Shown piece after piece: positions 42,751-55,681 of a DNA stretch of 64,000 bases. Every line of letters starts with the position of its first letter. The first letter of the stretch is position 1. Under the pieces are notes generated by a model. The model had not been told where the DNA came from. It made no database searches and worked only from the letters and a program-made list of their open reading frames with translations. The stretch spans positions 144,834,001-144,898,000 of the forward strand of contig NC_058368.1 of assembly GCF_018350175.1 (NCBI RefSeq), written 5' to 3'. Origin of the DNA: Felis catus (lineage: Eukaryota). The position numbers and the translations under genes are program-made.

Positions 42751-43381
42751 GTCCTCAAGAAGCAACACATTTAATAGTCTATATTAAAGTCTTGAAAAGA
42801 AAGGATTAAGCTATTTAAAATCATTATATTCAATGATCACAGAAATACTGAGGCATTTTAGTTTAAAAATATTAAAAGAAAAAATCTTCCTCCAGTACAC
42901 AGTGAATTTATTAGCTAATAAGTACATATGGACATGTAAGCATATTGGTATCTATTGATATCTTAGTGAGATAATAGATATGGTGGGTCTGATTAAAGCT
43001 AACCCATTGGCTTTACATGGATCCATCCATGTATTTCATGTGTTATGCAGAATTTTTCTAAGTTGTGAGATTTGGATTCTTTTTCAGAGTCTCAAGGAAT
43101 CTTTGTGTCAGATAAATTATTGGGCAATTCATATAGATCAACACCATTTGCAATCTGATTATATCTATTACTCACACGACAGGAATTTTCTACAGACTTA
43201 AAGTAACTGGACAACAGTTATTTTTAAGAACACTACTTCTTCCTACTTGCTACCTCTAGTCTACTTCCTGTTACCATCAATGAGATAATGAATACTACTG
43301 ACTCTCTGTCATAACAATTTCTATATTTTGTGGTTTTATTCTAATAATCAAATGCCCGTGTGGTTGGTGTGATTACAATAC

Positions 43382-43436
43382 CTGCTGGACTAGGCATGAT
43401 GGGTGTTCCTGGTGGCCCTCCACCTCCTGGAGGACC
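43382..43436 (-). CDS. SSBP2: SSBP2 coding exon, 55 nt (GPPGGGGPPGTPIMPSPA+D)
   Basis: TAG acceptor, CAG|GTATTG donor, phase 0-1. Confidence 0.96.
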
Positions 43437-44148
43437 CTAAATAATTATACAAAATTTCAGTAAAAATAAGGCATTTCATAAACAATGTAAGGAAAAACAG
43501 AAGAAAAGTTAGGCTTATCTATAATAGTCCAATTTGAAAATAACAGAGGAATTTTCTCCATAATTTATTTTCTTTGAATGCACAATCATTTCACTATTAT
43601 GCAAGATATGATTTAGCTTAAATATGTTAAGATTGTTTTAATAAGTTTCCAAAAACAATGAGCCTGTAACACTGATGTATTATTCAGGACTTAATCATAT
43701 CAGGTATAATGAGGTTAAGGAGAAATCATTTATTGGGGCCTTTACAAATCCATAAAACAGAATCATTCATGTGTATCTGTGACTATAATTTTCTTATATT
43801 TTGTATCATCATTTTTTATAGGAAACTAAAAACTCAAAGATATTCATATGCTTAAAAAATACATTGATGCTATTTCTTTTTCTATTGGTATCAACTGTAA
43901 CACTTCTAGAGCATGAAACCTTCTGCTATCATATCAATTAGAAATGAGGGGCAACATTGACTAATGCTGTGGGTTACTAATCAACTGGAAATGGAAATTA
44001 GGTGATTCTAAGGTTAACTCAGTTATTTCAGACAACCAATTCAGGTAAAGGGTTTTAGAATTTTTTAGCTCTAAAGTAATCTGTATAAATTACAAGTGGA
44101 TAAATTTGTATTTCATTCTGAAGGTGCAGACATAGCCCACTATTTCAG

Positions 44149-44152
<4 letters not shown>

Positions 44153-44181
<29 letters not shown>
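44153..44181. repeat. (TA)n microsatellite
   Basis: About 14 TA units. Confidence 0.95.
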
Positions 44182-44183
<2 letters not shown>

Positions 44184-45239
44184 TATTTAATAAGCAACTT
44201 AAATTTCCTTTCAGATAAAATTCTATAATTTCATAAAACTATGTATTAGGCTTATTCTTAAGTGATTTGAGAAAAAAATAGGTTTTACCCACATCTTACT
44301 TTCATTTTTGTTTCATAGAGAATGTGAAAAATGTTAGGCCTCTTAGTTTGTATAGCTTAAGAGAACATTGAGCACTAAGTTCACAGGTCCAAAACAGCAT
44401 GTGCTTTTTACTATGTTCATAAAACACTATTTCTACGGAGAGTAAAATGCTCATTGATCTTCTTAAGCACTCCTTTTTTCCTACCCCAGTTAGCCACCAC
44501 CTCTGAAAATTTCTTTAGGAAAGATTTTCCTTTTTACCATTTTATCTTTGCTCTTCTGTTAGGCGTTTACTCCTAAATATTATAACAATTTATCTTCCAT
44601 GGTGGCCTTGAGATGTAGCAAGGATTATAATGTTATGAGGGTTAAAAGGTCATTTGTAAGTTCAAGAGCTCATGTAAAACCTACTAATTTGATTTTAGGT
44701 GTAAATGAATTATTGGAAAATTTTAACATGTACTAAATAATGATAAGAAGAAAAATAAGTGCTTTCAATATCAAAGTATAAAAAAGCCCCCGGCCCCCAA
44801 ATGACTAGTCATTATTCTGCGATATGATTCCCTTTGTGATCGGGAAACAGTTTAATGTCTTCCTAAACTTTGTGTGTGGTGAGTGGTATGAGGGAGGGGA
44901 TGTACCTCATTCTCCTGGAGAACTGCAAATTCAAGCTTGGCATTGTGTAACTGGGTATGGCTTTCTTCATGATTGGACAGAGTGTATTGTATTGGTTTAC
45001 AGAAACATATGCTAAAGTAAAACACAGTACTCAGGGCAATTTTGGCCAGATTGATAACTGTCTCACTAATGAACATCAACATATGTACTGAGGTTGGCAG
45101 ACGAGAAACTCAATACATATCAGATGTTCACTTCTTGGCCAATACACAGGGGCTCTTCTTAACATCTGGACAACTATTTCATTGCCCAAATAAAACATAA
45201 CATCAATTCTTATGAGCAAACAATCCCAAATGTACTTAC

Positions 45240-45275
45240 TACATAATTCCCAGGAGATGCTGAGGAGTATGGTAT
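45240..45275 (-). CDS. SSBP2: SSBP2 coding exon, 36 nt (IPYSSASPGNYV)
   Basis: CAG acceptor, GTAAGT donor, phase 0-0, continues the frame. Confidence 0.96.
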
Positions 45276-47294
45276 CTGGAACACGAATAGGACAAAGAAA
45301 TATATATTTTGATTCATGTGACAATACGGAAACTTACCTACAATGAATCTATATTCTGACTTTTATCAAGTTTTAAAATGTATCACAAAGGATGATAAAG
45401 AATAAAGCCATTCATATCTGTCTGAGTGCTGGAAAATGAATAAATGCAACATTATCTTGAATTTATAAAAAAGAGTGGATTTAGGTCAAGAGAAATTTAG
45501 ATTTCTAGCTTTAAGTTATACTGGTTTTAGAGCAGTTATACTCACTGCTTGATACTAATGACACTTATTCTGTAATTAGAAAGATATATATTTGTGCAGT
45601 GAAAAACCAGAAACCAGAGTTTTTCAAATTAATAGCTTTTACAGATACAACTTCCAATTTATGTGCATTCTGGGATGCATTATTATTATTTTTAAGATGG
45701 GTTTCAGGCTACTACATTCATGTGGTACAGGTCGGTACTTGATCTATAGACCTCATGTTTCCCCCCTTTCCTTTCTAATTAGCTACTAGGAACTAATATA
45801 ACAAATCCAAAAGGTTTTCGTTAATATAAGTCTCCAAAGACTACTAACTTGTGGGGATCAGATATGGATAACAAATTCTCTCCTTCCTTTCAAATCAGGC
45901 TCTTAACCAAACTCTTTTCTAGAGATTACATAGTATTAATACAACATTGCTATTATAATTTTAAAAATGAGAAGTAGAAAACAGATATTTAAAAACTAAA
46001 CACTTGAGTGTTGATATTAATAAAGAAAGCTAAATCCGAATATTTTATTTTTTTTCAAAGAAGCTCATTAGCTCACTTGCATGAAGAATCTGCACATCCA
46101 GAGGAGATATTTTTGTCTTGTTCTAGAAAAAGCCATAAACTACTATCTTCTTGTAGGTACATAGCCAGATTAGGACCATTACAGTAGTGAAAAGATGATA
46201 GTTCCTTTACCCTAAACCCTCCTTCTAGCCCAACGCCTTCCATATAATTAAACATAAAAATAATATGAAACTATACAGTAAGAAGGAAGTATAACAAAGT
46301 TATGATTTTCCTCTAAGTTATTTGAGAATTGTCTCCTTGTTGTTTGGTGTCCACGCTTTGCCTTAAGCACAGACCACATGCCTCTGCGGCCCCTGCTTGG
46401 TCTGCCTATGGCTAATTCATCCCTGCAGAGAGTCCTTACCAGGCTGCCTAGTATAATTAATGATGGGGATTACTTCCACTATGAGCAGTGAGATCTGATG
46501 GCCAGTACACACTAAACTCGGTGCTAGAAATCAACTTTGCTCTCTTGGGCCGCTGTTAGTGCATGATCCACCATCCATCTTCTGATTCTTATTATTTTAA
46601 ACATATGCATTTACTCTCTCCAAATCACTACCTTATCTGTTGGCTCCAATTTTCATCTCCTTATAACTTTAGCATCATGCTCATGTTCTTCTGCCTCTCT
46701 CTATTGTCTACCATCATTCTTTACCAACTTTAACATATGAGCTAACCACCCTTTAAATCTTTGGAATTTATACTTTATTGCCTTCCTTCATTTCACAATA
46801 TACTTCCTTCTCCTCCATTTGTGAGTATGACCACATCCCAGAACTCTTTTACACAGAGATCTAAACAACTCCTTTGCCTGACATCTTTCTTATTCCTCAT
46901 GACACTCACAAATATATTATTCTATATTCCAACAAGAATCTTCTTCCATTACAATTCCTCCATGTTTTCCCTATTATTTCTGTATTTATTTCCTGTAAGT
47001 CCATTATTTCCTTATTAGTTTCCTGCTAAATTGTCTCTGCCACTCCCCCATGCCACTGTCAGCATTTTGTTTCTCTTTCCAATATTTTAAATTCATTATC
47101 TCAAAGTCTACTTAGTTTCCATCTCTTTGATCATCCCCTAGCCACCTTTTCTATTTCACAGTAGAGATTTACCAGAAAGAAACACAAAATAAGGGACAAG
47201 GTCCAAAATATAATCATGCTCTCCAATTTCAACTTAGTCTTCACTAATAACTGGAAGCATTTTGGCTCAGCCTTCATGGAAGCCCAGAAGCATT

Positions 47295-48345
47295 CTGTGG
47301 TGTGCCAATAAACCAAATAAATTCAGGGGAGAAAAAGGTCCCAATCTGTAGCATTTATCAATTTACGTGGTATGAATATTCCTACATGAAATATTTCAAG
47401 CTACCAATGATTCTTTTTTTTAATTTTTATTTATTAATTTAAAAAATTTATTTATTGTTTAATTTATATCCAAGTTAGTTAGCACATGGTGCAACAATGA
47501 TTTCAGGAGTAGATTCCTTAATGCCCCTTACCCATTTAGACCATCCCCTTCCCACAACCCCTCCAGTAACCCTCTGTTTGTTCTCTATATTTAAGAGGCT
47601 CTTATGTTTTATCCCCCTCCCTGTTTTTACATTATTTTTGCTGCCCTTCTCTTATGTTCATCTGTTTTGTATCTTAAATTCCTCATGTAAGTGAAGTCAT
47701 ATATTTGTCTTTCTCTAATTTTACTTAGTGTAACTTAGAATAAGTTCCATCCACGTAGTTGCAAATGGCAAGATTTCATTGAATATATATACCACTTCTT
47801 CTTTATCCATTCACCCGTCGATGGACATTTGGGCTCTTTCCATACTTTGGCTATTGTCGATAGCATTGCTATAAACATTGGGGTGCCATGTGCCCCTTCA
47901 AAACAGCATACCTGTATCCCTTGGATAAATACCTAGTAGTGCAATTGCTGGGTCATAGAGTAGTTCTATTTTTAATTTTTTGAGGAACCTCCATATTGTT
48001 TTCCAGAGTAGCTGCACTGGTTTGCATTCCCACCAGCAGTGCAAAAGAGATTCTCTCTGCATCCTCGCCAACATCTCTCGTTGCTTCAGTTGTTAATGAT
48101 AGCCATTCTGATAGGTGTGAGATGGTTATCTCATTGTGGTTTTGATTTGTATTTCCCTGAAAATGAGTGATGTTGAGCATTTTTTCATGTGTCTGCTCGC
48201 CATCTGGATGTCTTCTTTGGAGAAGTGTCTATTCATGTCTTTTGCCCATTTCTTCCCTGGATTATTTGTAAGCTAGCAATGATTTAACAATTAACTCAAA
48301 AAATTCCTGAATACTTAACAAGTGACTTTCATGAGCTGGCTGTCA
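47295..48345. mobile_element. MER63-like hAT DNA transposon split by the L1 insertion
   Basis: Flanks join into ctgtggtgtgc...tgtagcattt...atttcaagctaccaa|tttaacaa...aaaattcctgaatacttaacaa, which matches my recall of the MER63 consensus. Confidence 0.65.
47413..48269 (-). mobile_element. 5'-truncated L1 (ORF2 C-terminus and 3' UTR)
   Basis: Reverse-complement similarity to 33090-33700; T-rich tail at left; TSD aagctaccaatgatt (47398-47412) / aagctagcaatgatt (48270-48284). Confidence 0.93.
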
Positions 48346-48952
48346 TGGTGATTATAGCATGGTGAGTTGGTAGTCTGCCCTTGTGTCATATGTTAAAGCT
48401 ATCAAATTCTTACTATACCTTCATCTTCAACTCAACACTCCAAACTTATAGATTAAAATTTTCATCCATTCATCCACGTAGAAAAAAAGATAATCTTTCT
48501 ATTTGCTTCCAAAGCTAGCCCCATCTCATCCTCCTAACACCTTGCTCCTTTTATAGTTTTAAATTTCTCCTTCTTCATGGTTCCTTCAAACACAGTTAAA
48601 CACAGTTTTTAAACATTTAAAAATACTTAAAAAAATTGTTACTTCATGTAGTTCAATTTTTTTCCATGTTTGTCCTGACAAAGTCTTTAATTTTGGCTTA
48701 TAGTCACTATTTCTACTTCATATTTTTTGATGCCCTCATTAAAAGAAAAAGATCATTTGGACTGCTACTCCTGGTAGCACTTTACTGAACACACACTCTT
48801 GAAAGTTACTAGTAGCATCTGACAGTCTAGTGTGAGTGACATAAAATATAACAATATAGGTAGAAGAACTATGTGGGTACAGAAGACATATTTGAGCTGG
48901 ATAGCTGACTTATAGAGAATAGATTATCACCAGAAAGACAAAGAGAAGGATT

Positions 48953-49006
48953 GAAAGAAGGAAGGAAGGAAGGAAGGAAGGAAGGAAGGAAGGAAGGAAG
49001 GAAGGA

Positions 49007-49058
<52 letters not shown>

Positions 49059-49060
49059 AA
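48953..49060. repeat. Compound (GGAA)n(GAAA)n tetranucleotide microsatellite
   Basis: Roughly a dozen units of each motif in tandem. Confidence 0.97.
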
Positions 49061-49089
49061 CACAAAATATAAAAGTACATAGATTATTA

Positions 49090-50340
49090 GGGAAATGGCA
49101 TATAATTTTACCCAGCTGCTATAATGTGGTACTTATAGGAAACTGAAATAAATGATAAGCATATATGGTCAGACTGTTGAATTTATACTGTAGGAAACAG
49201 GAAGTCACAGGTTTTAGAGAGACATATTCCAATTTATATTTTAGTAAGATAACCCTAGAGGTATCACAGAATACAAATACAAGTTAAGAGTCTATTGCAA
49301 AAGGTCTAGGCAAGAGATGATAGAGTGTTCTAGGAAGCACTGATTAAGATAAGTAGGAGTAAGAAAGTTTGAAAGACTTCACAAATGTACTTGGCAGGGC
49401 ATAGTGGCAAACTAGGTGTGGTGGACAAGGGAAGGCAAAAGTTAAGGTAATACTTAGGTTTCCAACTTGGTGAGTGGGTGAATGATGGTGCCACTAATTC
49501 ATGTGTAGGGAATTCAGGAAGGGGGGCAAGTTTTGGGGAAATATCTGACATGTTGAATTTTAAAGCACTAGTGCACAGTGAAGTAGACCGATCAACAGAT
49601 TTTTAGAAATACAGATCAAGAATTTACTAGAGATTAGAACTAGAGATAAAGCTTCAATTGAATACATTTCCATTCTGTGCTGGACATAACAGTTGATCTA
49701 GGATTCTATTATATTTAGTGATAGATTTAATATTCCAAAACAAAGCTCACCATCTACCCTCTAAACTTCCTTCTCTTGTATTTCTAGCTGAGTTTGTGTT
49801 TTCCCATTCTCCCTGATACCTGAATTCAAAGACTTGAAATCACCTTCAGCTTTTTCTCTTTATTCCCAAATTCAAGGTCATCAGGTGTTTTTTATTCTAT
49901 GTGTGAAATGCATCCTCATTATTCCTTTCATCACCACTCTACCTCAGGGTCTGATAACATTTTATAAAGCCCATTACTATTATCTCCTAACTTCATTTCC
50001 CTATTTTTCATCCATTTTATAAACTATCTTCCTAAAACATAGCTCCCTCCCATATAGGTGATAAATTTCAGATTTCTCCATTCCAAAGCCCTGTACACAC
50101 CAGGGCTCCCTTTTTCTCCTTTCAGTTTTGTCACCTTCTATGCCTTCCCAAACAATCTTTCTCCCTATCAGCTAACAGTCTAATAATTTTTCCTCAAACA
50201 TTTTTGGTATTTCCTCTTTTAGTTTTCTACAAAATTTTCTCTACCTCTAGTGTCCAAATTCTTCCAATCTAATTAATCACCTCCTTCCCCTCTCTAGACT
50301 CGATACAAAATATCCATTAACATGAATTGAAAGATGAAAT
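49090..50340. mobile_element. Degraded L2 segments in both orientations
   Basis: aagagtctattgcaaaaggtctaggcaagagatga, ggtttccaacttggtgagtgggtgaatgatggtgcca, then a pyrimidine-rich segment with aaagctcaccatct. Confidence 0.55.
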
Positions 50341-50537
50341 GCAGATGTAGAAGATAAGATCAGAGAGCTAAAGATCAGAATCACAGAATTAGAAGAATCC
50401 TTTAGACAGATAATTCAAGAGATTGATAATTCAAGAGCTGTGACTGATAATTCAGATATTCTGAAATATTCTGACTCCTAATATCCATGACAGTGGTGTG
50501 GGAGCAGGGGAAGAGCAAAATAGCTAGAGATTTGGAG

Positions 50538-50739
50538 TTGTTTGTTTGTTTTTAATTTTGGAGAGAAAGAGAGAGAGAGAGAACAAGCAGGAGAGGGGAA
50601 CAGGGAGAGAGAGAATCTCACACAGGCTCCACACTGCATGTGGAGCCTGATGCTGGCTCAATCTCACAAACCATGGGATCATGACTTGTGCTGAAATCAA
50701 GAGTTTGATGCTCAATGGACTGAGCCACCCAGGTGTCCC
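50538..50739 (-). mobile_element. Can-SINE
   Basis: ctgagccacccaggtgtccc end, GA tract, flanking gagt(t/g)tttgtttg duplication. Confidence 0.92.
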
Positions 50740-50930
50740 TGAGTTTTTGTTTGTTTGTTTTTAATGATTAGCAACATTTTTGTTAAGTAACTTTCTTCAA
50801 CTGTGAAGTTTAAAACTACCTTAGAAGAACTGGTTTACTAGAAACCAGAGAGGATAACATTAAGACATTATCTGTGCCACTGTAAAGTTGAAAATATTAT
50901 TCTTTAGTGCTTTTTAAGAAATTTATTTTA

Positions 50931-50951
50931 AAGTTTATTTATTTATTTTGA

Positions 50952-50997
<46 letters not shown>

Positions 50998-51170
50998 CAC
51001 ATGCCTCAAGTGGAGAGGGGCAGAGGGAGAGGGAGAGAGAGAATCCAGAGTGGGCTCCATGCAGTCAGCACAGAGCTCGAGGTAGGTCTCAATCCCAAGA
51101 ACCATGAGATCATGACCTGAGCGGAAATCAAGAGTCAGACACTTAACCGACTGAGCCACCCAGGTGCCCC
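50931..51170 (-). mobile_element. Can-SINE inserted in the tail of the adjacent SINE
   Basis: Complete head, (GA)n tract, inner TSD aatttatttta (50920-50930 / 51172-51182). Confidence 0.92.
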
Positions 51171-51181
51171 TAATTTATTTT

Positions 51182-51236
<55 letters not shown>

Positions 51237-51390
51237 GAGCAGGGCAGAGGACCAGAGGGAGAGAGAGAAACTGAAGGCTCCATGCTCAGCACAGAGCCCA
51301 ATGTGGGGCTTAATCCCATGGCCCTGGGATCATGACCTAAGCTGAAATCAAGAGTTGGACACTCAGCCAACTGTGTCACCCAAGAGCCCC
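51171..51390 (-). mobile_element. Can-SINE (host of the nested pair)
   Basis: Head ends caagagcccc; outer TSD tttagtgcttt (50903-50913 / 51391-51401). Confidence 0.92.
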
Positions 51391-51639
51391 TTTAGTGCTT
51401 TGGAAAAAAAAAAAAAAAAAGAGCATACATTTGTTTAGAGCAGAGCCTTCTGGAGTAAGATATTTGTATTTCCCTTGGGTTTAATCACTATGATAGATTG
51501 TCATTTTTTTCCCTTCAAGGGGTTTCTTCTTTCTTTTTCCTGTCACATTAATACAGTTGATTACTACAATGCTTTACGGAACATTTGTTTTGCCTATATC
51601 CTCTTTTGCTGACAACTTCTTGAATTTTCTTTGGTGAAC

Positions 51640-52075
51640 CATACCTCTTATTTTTCGATGTGGTTTGGGTGGGGCTCGGGGAGTGGATGTGTGTGACCTT
51701 GACCTAGCTGAAAGAGCAATGTACCCTCAGGTTATAATTCATGAATGAGCATATGACCCAAGCTACATAAATCTAGTTTGGCTGGTTATTCCCAATACCT
51801 CTATTTACCTGACAAAGAGTTGTGCTTTTTTGTACTCAACTGAGAGCTCTGAGGATATAAGTCTGGAGCTTCACACAGCCTTCTTGTCATGGCAAGGAAA
51901 ACAAAGGCAAGTGATAGAGACCAGGTGCTGATGGCATTATCTGGACCCTTGGAATCAAATGTGACCCAAAATAAATTTATATCTGTACTTTTTAGATACA
52001 TAATCCAGTGATATGCTCTCAATATGAGCCTACTTTGGTTGTTTTTCTGTACCTTATAATTAAAAGTCTCTCCAG
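51640..52075. mobile_element. Possible ancient MaLR (MLT1-type) LTR remnant
   Basis: gagcatatgacccaagct and ttggttgtttttctgtaccttataattaaaagtc motifs; highly diverged. Confidence 0.4.
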
Positions 52076-52479
52076 ACAAAGATAATTAAGATATTTTCAA
52101 TAAAAGTGTTTGCTACTTAATGATCAGAATGTGGTACATAGCTAAACTCAAGTGCACAGCTCTTTTGAAAAATATAAAAAAGGAAAATTCATTGGTGGAT
52201 TTGTAAATAAACTTCCAAATAAGAATCTGAGGCTGATACTGTAATGCTCAGGTCAAAGGAAGTTAAAAGTGAAAATCATACTTCTATTCTGAATTAAAAA
52301 CATGAATTTTCCTTAAAATTTTTTTTGTACTGTCTTGTAAAAGGGTACAAAAAACATTTTTGATTAAAATACTTTTATAACAGAAAACTGTGGATTTATA
52401 AAGATTAAGCAAATAAATGAATATACTGTACATAATGGTAGGCATATTTCTTACTTTCAAAGAAGTAAAAAAGCAGAAA

Positions 52480-53825
52480 GTCTACAATATATCCTGTTGT
52501 GTTGTATTGAAATTGAAGCAATAGTGTGTACTAATGGTTTTAGTACATATAGATAGATACAGAAAGATATACATGTGTATGGGAATGTGTATGAACATCC
52601 ATCTGTATCTTAGCTATTTCCCTGGGGAGGCTCTTGAATCTGTATCACTCTGATGGGTTCTAAATACCCCTCTCCATTTAAAGGAACCATGGCTCCTTAA
52701 AGAAATGGCTGTTTCAGAGCCAACACTGGGAAAATACAAGATGAGTTTCAAAATGCTCAAATAATGGAAACATGTCAAAAGGACACATGATCCAGCTTGA
52801 AGGGGTTCCTATTGGCTAAATCTGGAGTGACTTTAGCATCAAAAACCTACTGAATAAAATGAGTCCACAGACATATTTGATATACAGTGAATGAATAAAT
52901 GAATGAATGAAGAAAAACTGTAGTAGAGTCAATTAATAAATGAAGAAGGAAAGACAGAAAACAGCCATTTGGTAACCAACATAGCAAAAAAACACTTGGG
53001 GCAAGAATTACCAATGGATGCCGAAAGTAGCAGATGAAAGTATGAGGAAGAAGAGGATATTTATTTACTGTAGTTTCAAAGTATATCTCCACAAATTAAT
53101 AATTACAAAAGGAAAAACAGTAATTTTATAGTAGAGAAACCTGACAAGCACCACCCTTCACTAAGTGAACAAAGTTAACAGTAAAAGCAATGGGACAAAT
53201 CTTTATCACATGCTTCCTGAAATGATGCACTGAGAAAATCACAACATTCCTTCTGTGGTATTCCTACCAAATATGTATTACCTGGATCTAATCATGAGGA
53301 AACATGAGATAAAACCAAATTATGGCATATTCTACAATATAACTGATTTTCATTAAACACAACTGCAAGGTTAAGAAAAAGATAAGTTGAGGAACTGTCC
53401 TAGATTAAAGACAAGAAGTCCTGACAGTTAAATGTAACAAGTGAACTGGGATTTTCTTTTGTTATGAAACACATTATTGGGACAATTGGGGAAATGTGAG
53501 TGAGGTTTGCAGATTAGAGAACAGCATTACATTCATGTTTACTTTCTAATTTTGATCTTAACTGTAGTTATGAAAGATAATGTATTTGTTTTTCGTAAAC
53601 ATGCACTGACATATTTGGGGATAAAGGGTCATCATGTCAGCAACTCAAATATAGCTCAAATGATTCAGAAAAAAATATGTACATGCAGACAGAGGAAATC
53701 ATAGAGCAAAAGTGGTATAACTTGGGAATCTGGATGAAGCCTGTATGGAAGTTCTTTGTATTATTCTTGTAACTTTTCTATAAATCTAAGGTTACTTTGA
53801 TATAAACATTTAAAATGCAAAAAAA
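52480..53825 (+). mobile_element. Ancient L1MC-type 3' region
   Basis: Recognisable motifs aaggaacca...gaaatggctg, gtagagaaacctgacaagcaccacc, ctaatcatgaggaaaca, gggaatctggatgaag. Confidence 0.75.
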
Positions 53826-54257
53826 GTATATAAGATCAAACAAATATAAGACATATTTGAAAGCAGCAAAAAACAAAACAACTAACCACTTTAATATGCA
53901 ACCCTCAAGAGTCAGAGACTTATTGTATTGATAAAAAACAAAAAGTATTTGTAATTACACACATGGACAAGAAGTCTAAGGAACTTGGAAATCAAAACAG
54001 TATAGGTAAGTTGTCACTAGAATATAATCGATAGCATTTAGGGAGAAAAAATCCCTCTTAAACTGTTTTTGCTTTGTTTCATTTAAGCCTCATGTTTTTC
54101 CCAGAAAAGTCATCAGTTTTTTACGATTTTTTTTCTTGTTCTCATAATAAATCATTTCTCAGAGGAACACTTTGCCTTTCTGTATTCAGGATGATGACCC
54201 CCTTTCCGTTTCTGGAAAGAAAGCTTTGGGCCCTCCCTACTTTTTTTCCCCATTCAC

Positions 54258-54489
54258 TTTTTTTTTTAAATGCTTACTTATTTTTGAGAGAGAGAGAGAA
54301 AGAGAGAGACAGAGAGACAGAGCATGAGTGGGGGAGGGGTAGGGAGAGAGTGAGACACAGAATCAGAAGCTGGCTCCAGGTTCTGAGCTCTTAGCACAGA
54401 GCCTGACGCAGGGCTCAAACTCATAAACCATGAGATTGTGACCTGAGCTGAAACTGGACACTTAACCGATGGAGCCATCCAAGCGCCCC
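54258..54489 (-). mobile_element. Can-SINE (longer felid-type body)
   Basis: gagccatccaagcgcccc end; TSD tccccattcac / tccctattcac. Confidence 0.93.
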
Positions 54490-55433
54490 TCCCTATTCAC
54501 ATTTCTTTCAATGAGGGGAGATGTATCCACACGTGATATATATTAACACAAGGGATTATTTTCAACTCTATTTCTCGCATGTATGCTAGTCAAATGCCCA
54601 TTTCATACTGACTATAGGATGGCAGTTTGATATGCATACCTCCTACCCTAGTGTTTCTCAGGGTCTAAAGTAATGCAGACCTGCTGACCCAATATAGTGT
54701 GTTCTCCTATCCACAGTGCTTCACTCCATGAAATTCTGAAGAGGTGGAGTGCATCAAAACTAAACATGAGCAGAATGCAGAAGTCTCTCCTCATCTCTGC
54801 CTCTATCCAATACTCTTACTTGGATAATATACCTGCTTGGTACAATGCACCATCCTCAATATCAAATCCTGCTCACCTTCCCAAGTAGTTTTTGGAGGAC
54901 AGAGTCTCCAGATGAGTGTGTGAAAGGAGGTAATGCTGGAGGAAGGCTGTGGCGGGTGTGAATTACACGTGGCTGTCTGCAAGGGGCAGTAGAGGGATAA
55001 CTCATAGAGCTGACAGTGCGGAAGGAGAGAAGAGTCTTCTTGCTTCTAGGTGGGAAGGCTCACATAGTTAAGGTGTGCCATTAATTGTGCTTTTTAATCC
55101 AGTTTCGACAGAAATGCAGATTTTGAATAGAAAGTCTTTCCAGATTCTGGCAATAGGAAGAGTCAGTTTTCAGTATTATAAAACATTGTTTTTTCCTGTA
55201 CCTTTATGGGTATTTTAATAGGGAGTTGAAAGAACTGTATGTTGAGCTGCTAGCCAGATGCCATTTTAAAGTGAAATCTTGAATGAATTTGAAAGGCATG
55301 TAGCAAGAAGTAAATAGAAATGTAAACTCTCCAAAAGGATATAAGCAAACTAAAATAATTTTGGAAGAGGAAAGAATTCACATTCACATTATAACATAAT
55401 CTGGATAAAAAGTATTTTAGAAAGATTTGCTAA

Positions 55434-55574
55434 ACGCCGCCTGGGTGGCTCAGTAGACTGGAAGACCGACTCTTGATTTTGGCCTGGGTCATGATGTCAC
55501 TCACAGTCATGTGATTGAGTTTCGCGTCACGCTCCGTGTTGAGCATGGAGCCTGCTTGGGATTCTCTCTATCTT

Positions 55575-55608
<34 letters not shown>

Positions 55609-55681
55609 CCCCTCTCTCTGCCCCTCCCCTGCTCACACTCACTTTCTCAAATATTTTTAAAAATTTCAATTAAAAAAAAAG
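55434..55681 (+). mobile_element. Can-SINE
   Basis: cgcctgggtggctcag head, (CT)n, A tail; approximate TSD aaagatttgctaa / aaagattggttaa. Confidence 0.92.

Noticed and set aside
44906..44922. Possible 17-nt micro-exon (cag|TTCTCC...GAG|gtacat) on the minus strand
   Set aside because: Weak donor and weak pyrimidine tract; expected by chance
48869..49063. Repetitive peptide ORFs (FLSF/LPSF; also HTHT, LSLS and ERER elsewhere)
   Set aside because: Translations of microsatellites and SINE (CT)n tracts
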